From Cycas panzhihuaensis (Eukaryota; Plantae; Cycadophyta): a DNA stretch of 64,000 bases. A program made the translations under genes and the position numbers. A model generated the notes under the pieces. That model was not told the origin of the DNA. It did no database searches and saw only the letters and a list, made by a program, of their open reading frames with translations. The DNA lies in contig CM041465.1 of assembly GCA_023213395.1 (NCBI GenBank), positions 221,161,741-221,225,740 on the forward strand, written 5' to 3'. Positions 53,110-64,000 of this stretch are shown piece by piece (the stretch's first letter is position 1; the number at the start of each line of letters is the position of its first letter).

Positions 53110-56100
53110 CATCATCAAGTCCTTCTCTACCGTAACCAAAGATCCCTGAAAATCCGACTTCCAAATTTGTCCCGCCTTTGACTCACTCCCCAATTTGCCG
53201 GAAAATCACTGGTTTATTCCCATCTCTCAGCGTATGCCTAATACGGACATCAAGCATCCTTTTGATAGTTTCCTTAGCGTCATTGAATAGCGATTGGAAT
53301 CTCCAATCTGGAATAACCTCCCCTTTCAGGGACTTCACCACAACCTCAGAATCGCCCTCAATAATCACTTTCCGATGATTACTTTCCACCGCAAGGTCCA
53401 GCGCTTTAAGCATCGCGTGCATCTCTGCATAGTGGTTTGTCTGGCAATCATAAAAATCTGCGAAAGCCCAAAGGGTAGATCCTAAATGGTCCCGACAGAT
53501 ACCTCCCCCCCCGGCAGCCCCGGGATTCCCCTTCGCTGCACCATCAAAGTTTATCTTGACCCAAGACTCCTCAGGAGGCAGCCACTTAACGTCTTTGTTC
53601 CTCTCACTCAAGGTAGGAACAATATCCCACTTGCTCAAAATCCTTCTCTCAAGCCCAAGCAGGGACTTCTCTTTCGCTGATCTAACATTCTCTCTAATTT
53701 CTGCACAAATTCTACAATATATGGTAGTCTGATCCATCCGTTTTGCCTGAAAGATTCTACGGTTCCTTTCCTTCCATATGTTCCAAGCAAGAATCGGCAT
53801 AGCACTAGCCCATATGCAACACAACGTCCTACTCCTGAAAGGACTTCTCCAGGCCAACCAAGAATCCATTAACTTCTCCGAGAATATCCAATTTACTTCG
53901 AGCTTCCCAAAGAAAGATACCCCATACCTCCCTTGTATATGAACACTCCAGAAAGATGTGGTTCATAGACTCCTCCTCCGAGTAGCATAAAGTACATCTG
54001 TTTGCCAGCGTAAACCCTCTTCTTTTTAGGTTGTCAGCTGTAAGAATTTTATTCCTCAAGCAGGTCCACCAAAACACAATAATCTTGAATGATGGGAGCT
54101 TCCATACCCCCTCAAGGCTAGGGTTTCTCTGGTCCCCCCTAGCCCGACACAAGTAGAGATACCCTTGCTTCACAGTGTAGACCCGGACGGGCCTCGGGGG
54201 CCACAATCGAGTCCGCTATAGGGAATCTGGGAATATAACACTTGCCGAAGCAAACTTTTGATCTTTGAAATGCCTTCTTGCACTCTATCCCTTGAATCTC
54301 TTCAAGGCTCTTCCAAGACCTACTAACCCAGCTTTCATCCCGAGTCCTTCACATGACTACCATAGATCCTAACACAAGGACCCATAATGGGTTCCGGATC
54401 CGGTAATCCTTGAGGCGGCGTCCGCACCAAGCATCCTCCCAGAATCTGATCGTGCTCCCATCCCCGAGCCTCCATCTCAACCCACCTCTCAAAGCATTCC
54501 AAGCTTTCAGGATACCCCTCCAGATGGGAGAGCCGGCCTGAGAGACTTCATTTTTGGCCAAAGAACCACCTTGCACATATTTCCTAGATAGAATCCTCTC
54601 CCAGAGCCTCTCCCCCCCTTTAAGCAGGCGCCACCCCAACTTGGCTCCCAGGGCTGCGTTGAAGAGGGGAAGTCTTCTCAGATTAAGGCCCCCGGCCCAT
54701 TTTGGCATACAAACCTTGCTCCAACTGACAAGGTGGATTCTGTCCCTGGCTTCCGAGCCGGCCCAAAGGAACCTTTTTTGGATAGATTCGATAATATCTG
54801 AGATGCCTGCCGGGACTCTAAAAATAGACATCCAAAAAACTGGGATGCTCTGAAGCGTGGTAGCAACAAGCTGGAGTTTTCCAGCTTGACTTAAGAGAGC
54901 GCCTTTCCATCCCGCCAGCTTTCTTTGCAACCTATCTATAAGAGGGTTCCACATATCCTTAGCCATCTTTCCAACGAAGAGCGGAAGGCCGAGGTAAGTA
55001 GTGGGGAGCTTTCTAATGCCCATCTCCAGGCATCTACTGATCCTGCCTTGAATCTTGCACAGAGTGTTTATAAAGTAAACATTGCTCTTATTCAAGTTGA
55101 TCTTTTGATTCGTGGCCTTCTCAAAATGGCCCAGAAATTTTTTGAAATTGGTGGCCTCTCTAATTGTAGGCTTCCCAAGGAAGATATTATCGTCACTTAA
55201 CTGGTAGTGGGCCACATTGTCCACTCCCGATGTCGGCTTAACACCAGTTAAATCCCCAAGTCTCCTCCACAATTCCAGGGACCTGCCCAACATCTCTGCC
55301 ATCGTGATAAACAGGAAGGGAGAGAGCGGGTCACCCTGCCTCAAACCCCTATGACTGGAAGAAACCGAGGATTTAACCATTAATAATAACGGAGAACTGG
55401 GGGTTTCCGATACATAACTTTATCCAGGAACGCCACATCTCACCAAAGCCAAAAGCCTTTAGGCAGTCGAGCAGACAGTCCCAGGAGACCCTATCGAAAG
55501 CTTTCGAGAGATCAATCTTTATAAGCATCGCAGGCTCCTGCCTTTCTGCCGCAGAATGTATGGTTTCATAGACCACGATATACCCATCGTATATCTGCCT
55601 CCCTCGGAGAAACCCATCTTGGTTCTGAGAGATAATGTTTGGCATAATATGCTTTAACCTATTCACCAAAACCTTTGTTAAGATTTTGTATTTGACATTG
55701 CAAAGGCTTATAGGCCGAAAGTCTTCCATCCTTTCTGCACCCTCTTTCTTTGGAATAAGAATCAGGAAGGTAGTCTGCCACTCCTGCAATATCTTCCTGT
55801 TCACATAAAATTCTTGGAGCGCATCCATGTAGTCCCCCTTGATGATATCCCAGAATTCTTGAAAGAACCCCGGGGGGAAGCCGTCAGGGCCGGGCGCTTT
55901 GTCTCTCTTCATGCTGAAGAGAGCCACCTTTACCTCCTCCTGAGAGAAGGGGGCTGTTATCTGGGCGTTTTGGGCATCGTTCACGAGGCAGGGGATATTA
56001 TTAAGGAATTCCTTCCTCAGTTCCATATCCCCATCCGTCGGCTCCGCAAATAGCTCCTTGAAGTAATCCTTGGCCACCTCTTTCATATCTTCGGTCGAGT

Positions 56101-57260
56101 TAACTTCAGAGCCATCCTCGCTACGAAGCTTGTTGATTTTGTTATTCGCTCTATGTCTGACAGTAGTCATATGGAAGAATTTTGTATTTGCCTCTCCTCC
56201 CACCACAGAGCCCTAGATTTCTGCCTCCAGTGGATTTCCTCTCTAGAGAGGATTTCCTCCAGAGACTCAGTCAGCTCCTTTTCTGCCTTATCCAATTCAG
56301 GAGATCTGCCCAACCGCTCAATCTGGGCCTCTAAGTCCCTAAGGTCCTGAAGAGTCCTCTCCTTACGGTCGTTTATATTTTGAAAGATTTCCTTATTCCA
56401 GATTTTGACATTCCTCTTTACCCAGTCGAGCTTCTTGGAAAATCTGTACATAGCGTGCCCAACAATGTCGATGCTCCACCATTCCTCCATTCTGCCCCTA
56501 AGATCCGGATGGCGAGCCACATCAACTCAAATCAGCGGGGCCCCAATAAACTTCCTAATCCGAGAAGTTTAGCGGGAGGGCGAATGATCGAGCTAATTCT
56601 CAAGGCTTCAAGAGTGAAGTCCTTAAAGCATCTCACCCAGTCAAAATTCACCAGCACCCTATCCAGCCTGATTTGGATAAGGTTGTTCCCCAGCCTTTTG
56701 TTGGTCCATGTGAAGGAAGCACCCCTAAGGTTTACATCCTCAAACCCCCCCTGCTGCAAGAATTCACTAAAATCGCTCATACTCGTGGTCCAGCCCCCGG
56801 AGCCTCCTTTCTTGTCGCCAGGGCAAAGGGCCGAGTTGAAGTCACCTGCCAAAAGCCATGGGAGATGGCAGGCCCTATGGGCTTCAAGCAATCTAGCCCA
56901 AAGACGTTTCCTAGCTTCTTGAAGATTTGGTGCGTACACGTTAGTGGCAATCCATGAGGTGTTGTTATTTCTGCTAGTTAATCGAATCGAGATGAAAGAG
57001 TCTTCAATTAGAAAAATTTCGCCCAACCAAATTGATGGGTCCCAAAGAACCATCAGGCCCCCTCTGCCTTGGGCATAATCCACCTCGATGCCATCAGCTC
57101 GCTTCCAGATTTTGCTCCTAATCTTGGGCCCATTCTCTTTTCTAAGTTTTGTTTCTTGAAGAAATAACAAATCCGGTTGATGTCTTTTCCTCATGTCTCT
57201 GATGATTCTTTGTTTTGAAGGGGCATTGAGGCCCCTGATATTCCATGAGAGGATTTTCAT
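53110..57260 (-). pseudogene. LINE ORF2: AP endonuclease, RT, zf-RVT and RNase H (frameshifted)
   Basis: MKILSWNIRGL, LQETK, GDFN, RLDR; KAPGPDG, FRPISLCN, KAFDRV, GLRQGDPLSP; CTLC..EESMNHIFLEC; KINFDGAAKGNPG, IEGDS. Confidence 0.93.
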
Positions 57261-58592
57261 CTCTTCTTCCTTTGTTTCCAGACCTCAGCCGCCTCCCCCT
57301 TTAGGGGCTCCCTGGCAATCAGGCTCGATCTGAGGGTAGGCCCCTCAAGGAATGAATCTTTCAAGGTTTTCTGCGTGCCAAGGTCAACTTGGGCCGCCGA
57401 GTCCTTTTCTCTTTGGACTTTAAGCGGGGGTCTACCAACCCGCCTCTCAATACCTACATCTGGTTTCTTCTGAGGCGTCTGTAAGGTTGGGTCGATATTA
57501 GCCTGTCTAGAAGCCCCTGGGCGATGCGGAGCCGCGTCCCCATCCCCCGCACTGTGGCGACTCGGGCCAAGAAGACCGGCCCCCAACCGGAGAATCCTTC
57601 TCCTTCTCCAACACGCTTCCCATCTGCCTCCAAGGCTTTGGCGAAGCATTTTGAATCAGCGTAACATCCCCCTTTTGAGGGAGTTCCGAAGCCCCATCCT
57701 TGTCATCCAAATTTCCCATCGGGACCGTGATCTACACCGAGCCATATGAGTATCCTCCTCCAACAACGTGTCCTCCTCATTTGGGTCAAAATCAAGGTTA
57801 TGAAGAGGGGTATCCTCCGCCACCAATCGGCCGGGGCTATGAAGCCCCCACTAGTTCTTCCCCCGCCAGGTGACTCACTGGAGTTTCTTTGGGTAGTTGC
57901 ACTCCGGGCACTTGAGGCAAGTGTCCTGTGTTTCGCAAGTTGAGCATCTAAAATGATCCAAATTTCATAAAGCAACGTTTGAGCCCAAGTTTCATCGTGG
58001 AGGTCCATCCAGTTTCATCTAGTAACTACTCGCCTAGCCTTACCAAGGCGCAAATTGGCGTTAATAAGCACATACATTTTCGTTGCCGAATCAAGCTGTA
58101 GAAGGGGCCAACCGCCGCAATCCCATTAAATACCTCCAGTTCCGGTGGTGAAGCGGCCACGGTAGTTGGATCCAGATAGAGCTTGCTTAATTTTAGAGTC
58201 GAGGATCAAAGCCCTGTGCCATTTCTCCGGTATAGAGCTTTTCAGAACATCCATGGTGCCTTGATTAAAATGCTAGCCATATCTTCATATGAGGCAAATT
58301 TAAATAGCACACCCTTGGGCATGGCTATTACCTCAACATTGCAAGTTTTCCATTTAGACCTAGTCCGGACCTAATAGGCTCCAAACTGGTGCAGGGGCCC
58401 GAGAACCCGCCAACAAGGCGGTTCTCCCACGCTTTCTCCGCTTTTTCACCAATGCAAGGGGATTTTCAGTCTTACTTTATTGTCTTCATACACCGGGGTT
58501 AAATCAAAGGAAGCTACCTCATTTGATTTTAGGGCATCTTTATAGGTTTTCAGAATACTTTGGTTCTGCTCAAATAAGTGATCTTTATCCAT
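57257..58592 (-). pseudogene. LINE ORF1 (RNA-binding, zinc-knuckle remnant), frameshifted
   Basis: Upstream of ORF2, CxxC/GH remnant near 57920-57950, basic C-terminus (RRVGRP, KQRKKR). Confidence 0.7.
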
Positions 58593-59662
58593 TTCAAACT
58601 AACTAGAAAAAGGACCCCAAACAGCAGTGCAGAAACATACCAGAATATAGCATCTCCACTAAGGCCAGCTCCTCTGAGAGTCTAGTAAATCTAGGGCCTC
58701 GATCTGTCCCACTTTGGACCCCAACAAGAAACCTCCTTCCCGTAAGAAGAAAACCTTAACTGACCGCAACCTAAGCATCCACAGTATGAGAAGGACAGAG
58801 CAGAAAGAGGGAGGAGGGCCGCCTCCAGCCAGCAAGCTCTAACCCAGAAAGAAAAAGTCCAAATCTCCACCCGAAGCTGCGCCTTTCCCCGCCGCCATAG
58901 CGTAAAGAAACGCGATTTGGAGGGCATTAGGAGCCCGTGGGCTCCAACACTGTTACTGCAATCAACTCCATCGCCTTGCTTAAGACGCCATCGCGTCCAC
59001 AGCTCCCGGGGCCCCGCCTCCGTCCCCACGATCGCTCCAAAAACCTGACGCAGCCGCACGCAGTTCGCCCTAGACGCAGCAGTTCGCAAAGATCCCGTAT
59101 TTGCAATCTTGTATCTTAAATTAAGTTGAATATAAAATTATACTTTATTTTTATTTTCATAGGTAATATCTTTAGGTAATTTGGGATAGTATATAGGTAA
59201 TATAATTATTACTAGACTTCTGAGATAAGTATGACTAAACTATAGGCCCTTTAATAAACTACTTAGTTATTAGTACTACTTAGCCTAATATCTCACGGCA
59301 CCTACTAAAAAAGATCATTCATACCCACAATCATACTAGCTATGCTAAAGTGTTCATGAAGGATAACTTTATAACATTAACTACTAATCACTATACTACA
59401 AATTTTTGGCAGTCAATAATTTACCTAATCTAGGTATAGAAGGGAAGCCTATAGGGGTTCTTTTATATACTTAAAAGTACATGGAGGCTCACTTCTATAT
59501 CCAAATACTATCTAAGGCTTATATAAGATGTGTGATCTTCTTTGCTTTATGTACTAGTATATCCAAGTATACTTGGTTGAGAACAATAGTTCCCTATGAT
59601 ATTTATAGACCCTTAACATAGGGTCTCTACCTAACCACCAAGGAAAAATAGGTAGGAGGAAT

Positions 59663-60221
59663 TGTTACTAAATTATGATGTATTTGCATAATACTAATTT
59701 ATAGAACTATAACAATAGAAACAAAATGAAATATGAGAAAGGGTTATGAAGTTTCTTCATTATGGGAAGAAAAATCTATTTTTTTTTTTCACTTCTTTCT
59801 CATAGTTGCATCTTCTCAATCCCATGAACTTGATCATAAATATAACTATGATATCACTTAGGATAGATTTATCCTAACATTCTCTCCAATTGCATATATA
59901 AGGAGCTCAAAGGGCATAATAGAAATAATAATGATCCCACTTTATTAATATGAAGCACTAGAAGATTATAGAAAAACATCACATAAATAATATCAAAAGA
60001 TCATACAATAATACATTCTTATAAAAGCTTACATTATATAATGGCCTTTACATTTACATTGGGCTTTAAATAGGAAACCAAGGCCTCTTCCATTGGATTC
60101 TTATTGGTAGAGTAAATGACCTCTAATTCTATTGGTACATATAATAACCTATACACACAAGCTAAGAACTAGCATTAATCTTTAGTCACTTGGTCACAAT
60201 GGTTTGATTTCAATACTAACA
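59663..60221 (+). repeat. Probable 3' LTR of another element
   Basis: TGTTA...TAACA termini, preceded by the purine tract AGGTAGGAGGAA. No partner LTR or TSD found. Confidence 0.45.
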
Positions 60222-60639
60222 GAGGGTTATGTAATAGTGTCCTTTACTTAATCCTTCTACTTGAGTATTTTTAAGTTAATAATTCTTATGATCTACTTCT
60301 TCTTCTATTACTTCTTGTTCTAAATTCTTTTAGACATTTTTCACTCTAAGATCCCCCAGATATTTTGAAGTATAATTTTATGATTTTTAGGAGTCCTCTC
60401 ATTATCCTCTTTGTAACTTCTTAATTACTATTATAGGATTTAGACCATTTCTATAAATTCCATTTATACCTCATTTTATAGACTTGGCCTATGCCTTGGA
60501 AACTCCTCTATTTCTACCTCTTTTATATTATATTATTTTGGCCCTCTTAGGTTATCCATATATCATCTCTCATCCTTTCTATCTATTTTCTAGAAAAACG
60601 TATTATGAGCATTGTAAACCTATGCTATAATACCACAAC

Positions 60640-61720
60640 TATCACAACCCTTCTTAGGAATATAATGCATGTGATAAGTAACTACTCAATAAGACAAGAA
60701 CCAAGCTATCGAAGTAAATTTATTAAAAGCTAAAATTGTGTATTTCAAATTTAGTGGAAATATATACCCATATGATATAATAAATTTAAGTGAATATGAG
60801 TACTTATGCATTTATAAGAATGCTTCTTTGGTCTTTAGTAATAAATGTAATAATAAGATAATATGTTAAATATTTTATTAGTAAAAGGAAAGAACCAATT
60901 AAACTGGGTTAGACAAATTTATCACCCAACATTTCACAATCCTAAAGAGGAAAGTACCCCTAAGTTGGAGCACATGATATAAATAATGAGATACTAGTAG
61001 GTCACTCTTCACATAACCCTAACCTACTTAGCTAAGATAAATGTAATATTTACATGTAATTCAATAAATAGAAGTTGCTTCCATCTCTTGATTTTTGAAA
61101 AATAATTTGTCTAAAACTAAAATATAACTAGGAAAATTATTAGACCCTTATCTTAATTCTATAATAGTATATCACAAGAAAAATTCTATCCAAAGCATTC
61201 ATTTGCAATAGAGATTGTGCTCTTAGGCTCTTGGATATTATAGCATACAAAAAAACTATAGATAATTCAGTTAACTTCTATAAAAAGGGTTTGAACATCA
61301 CCCATTCGCCATTCCATAAAAAAACCTACATAAACTCATAAAAATTTGACTAGCTTTTATCTCTTATATGACATAATCTACTTTTTAATTAAAGATCCCT
61401 ATGAATCACAAGGTTCTCTCAAAAAACCTAAGTGTTTAAAAGTAAAAGACTAAAAGTACTTTTTTTTCTCTCATAATTTTTAGTTTATATCCTCTTTAGG
61501 CATCATTTTATCTTTTGTCATAAATACCATAAATATTAAGAGCAGAATCTAAGCTTAGTGTCTAAAATAATACACATAATGGCCCTTAAAATATGCTCAT
61601 AATTGTCAATATTAGTATAACTCTCAACTATCTAGTACCTATTTCTAAAAATATCATCATGTAGAGAGTTTTTTAATGGTCCTTAACTATTTAGGTGACT
61701 AAATACTTTTATTATGATTT
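60640..61720 (-). repeat. Partial 5' LTR of the Tekay-like family, PBS at 60624-60635
   Basis: Homologous to 17131-17255 joined to the reverse complement of 25267-23520, without the gag-only insertion. Confidence 0.85.
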
Positions 61721-63238
61721 CAGCTAGAGAGGGAGTAGATCATTTAACAAAGGGCATCATTGACAACAAATTTCTAATATTATAAAGGCAATGTAATGAG
61801 CACCTAGGGGCCTTATGACTTGGTATATATAGATAAGAATTGGAGAGCTCAATGTCTAGTGTCTTTTAATGTTTAAAAACACCATTTAAAATAATATTAA
61901 CCATTCCACTATTGTTAGCTATTATCAACTCCACCAACCCCAATTCTGATGTATATACATTAATAATTTATATGAATATTATCTAATATTTCGCCCCTAT
62001 AATGTTCATATGGGGAGAGACCAATCTTGTCTCTGAATTTATAGAACTCAATCCTCCAAGTGCTTTAGTAAATATGTTTGCCACTTGTTCTTCTATATTG
62101 TAATAGATCAACTTAATCTTACCAGCTTGGACCGATACTCTGATGAAATAATATTGGGTTTTAATATGCTTCGTTCTGCCATGAAATACTAGATTTTAAG
62201 TCATTTGAATGGTACTTTGGTTATCATATAATATTTGTGTAGGACCATCCTATTTTATCTATAGATCTTGGAGTAGTCTTCTTAGTTAAATTATCTCATA
62301 AGCTTTAACTATTGCTGCTTTGTATTATACTTCTACAGTAGACAAGGATATCATATTTTATTTCTTTGTACTCTAAGCTATTGATGCTGAGCCTAAGTTG
62401 AAGGTTTAACCTGATGTAGACTTTTTATCATTAATACAACCTTCCTAATAAGAATCTATATAGCTAACTAGTTTAAAATTTATAGATAACTTACAATGTA
62501 TAATGTAGTCCATAGCTAATTATGCCTTTTAAGTATCTAAGGATTCTTTTTGCTACATGCTAATGTGGTATCTTAGGATCTTGCATGAATCTAGAAATAA
62601 CACTTACTATATGCATGATATCGTGTGGAGTCAAAGTTAAGTAAATCAAGCTACCCATTAGTTGCCTATAGAGAATAAGATCAACTGATGCAGATTCTTC
62701 ATACTTAGATAATTTTATCTTGACTTCAGCTAGTGTAACAAGTGCTTTACAATTACTCATTTTAAACTTTTGTAATAAGTCCAAAGTATATTTTCTTTGG
62801 AAAATAAATATCCTATTTTTATCTTGCCAGACTTCCAAGCCTAGGAAGTAGTGCATAAGTCCCAAATTCGTCATTTCAAATTCTTTACATATTTCTTTAA
62901 ACTTTTGAGACAAGTGAGGATCACTACCTGTATAAATGAGATCATCAACATACAACCCCATAATGAGTATTGAACTTCCTTCTATTTTAATGTATAGATT
63001 AGGGTCAGATTGACTTCTTTGGAAACCTTTATCTCTAAAGTATGTATCAATCCTAAAGTACCAAGCTCTAGGTGCTTGTTAAGTCCATACAAGGCCTTTT
63101 TTAGTTTACAGGCCTTGTTTCTTTCCCTTTTACTTCAAAACCTTAAGGTTATTGTACATAAATCTCCTCTTTTATGCACCCATTCAAGAAGGCACTTTTA
63201 ACATCCATTTGTTGAATAATGTAACCCTTTTATGCAAC
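61721..63238 (-). mobile_element. Second Copia, 3' part (RT, RH, PPT and putative LTR ~61721-61988), related to 8019-16191
   Basis: QQMDVKSAFLNG, GLYVDDLIYTG, EFEMTNLGLMHYFLGLEV, FHGRTKHIK. LTR end is approximate. Confidence 0.85.
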
Positions 63239-64000
63239 TGTTTCTCGGCTCCCGGGTATAGATACGAAATCACCGACTCAGGTAAGTGCAGGTATGTTTC
63301 TTGCATTGTCATCTCTTTCTTTTGATGAGTGTTTGCTTGCATGCTTGCATGTGTGTGGCTTTGTGGGCAACCTTGCCATTGTCCACACTTATTTTAGCCT
63401 ATGACGACTATAGCAGGGGCACACTCCTAGCGAGTGTGGCACCCTGGTGACCACATTACTTCCCGCATCTGCCCTCCTCGCTCTAGGATCCACTAGGTTT
63501 GCGCCACCTCTGCATGTGTGATGACTCATCATCGTCCGGTTAACTTGCCACCCCACTCGAGCCCCATTTTTACTCCCTTGAACCTGTTTGTTGGCATGTT
63601 TACCCCCGGGTAGGTGTTCTAGCTTCCCATTAGTCCTTTCGGTCATCTGCCCCCAGCCTAGACTAGTTGGTGGGCCCTATTTTCGGCTCTAGGTGCGTAT
63701 CGCCAGATTTTCATGATGCTAGGAATATCCGTGATCTGCAAATTGCCACAGACGACTGTCTCAGGTTATTTTTAAAAATCCGCCATGGCAATTTCGCATT
63801 TATTACAAAACTGCCACGTGGCTCGCGCCTTATTTCTCTTCCAGCCGCGCCCTAATGGCACGCTTGAGGGTTTTGTTTGAGTACTTAAGCCCTTTTTGGC
63901 TCATTTTCAAGGATTCTTTGGCTCACTTTTGGAATTACTCTCAAGGAAACATCATCCTGCTCTGCTATATTGCTGCTGCTACTGGACCAGCGTCCCTCCT
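63239..64000 (+). mobile_element. Start of a younger, CpG-rich Tat-like LTR inserted in the Copia RT
   Basis: TGTTTCTCGGCTCCCGGG...CAGGTAAGT resembles the LTR start at 45561(-) (TGTTTCTCAGCTACTAGG...CAGGTAAGT); abrupt GC shift. Confidence 0.75.

Larger units (their letters stand above)
52937..59108 (-). mobile_element. Full-length L1-clade LINE with C-terminal RNase H
   Basis: 14-bp TSD TTGTATCTTAAATT at 52923-52936 and 59109-59122. Short poly(A) (T10 on the + strand). GC-rich 5' UTR. ORF1 and ORF2 overlap at ATGA. Confidence 0.96.

Noticed and set aside
53178-59119. Plus-strand ORFs over the LINE (and similar ones over Tat pol)
   Set aside because: Antisense shadows of GC-rich coding sequence

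Overview
This is an AT-rich, gene-free plant heterochromatin window, probably from a large-genome seed plant such as a gymnosperm (inference). It is almost entirely nested retrotransposons, and no host gene or structural RNA gene was found. Elements resolved by hand with TSDs: (1) a non-autonomous, gag-remnant-only Copia-derived LTR element at 1760-6795 (397-bp LTRs, TSD ATCAT); (2) a full-length decayed Ty1/Copia at 8019-16191 (TSD TAATT) with a 3.3-kb leader holding a GC-rich, highly self-complementary island; (3) a second gag-only copy (354-bp LTRs, TSD ATTTT) split by a ~4-kb inversion at ~21778-25801; (4) an 18-kb Tat/Ogre-group Gypsy at 27518-45561 carrying a detached RNase H gene and an antisense plant-mobile-domain (PMD) gene, apparently with an intron, arranged head-to-head; (5) a full-length, CpG-rich L1 LINE at 52937-59108 (14-bp TSD). 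Also present: an old Tekay-like chromovirus that hosts most of 17-62 kb, a non-coding LTR element with (TA)n arrays, Gypsy gag-protease fragments, a second Copia fragment, and the start of a younger Tat-like LTR at 63239. The best candidates for undescribed biology are LTR ends extended by ~30-bp [tRNA-PBS + new CA end] units, the divergent PMD/RNase H cassette, and the structured island upstream of Copia gag. All alignments were made by eye; no searches were run.
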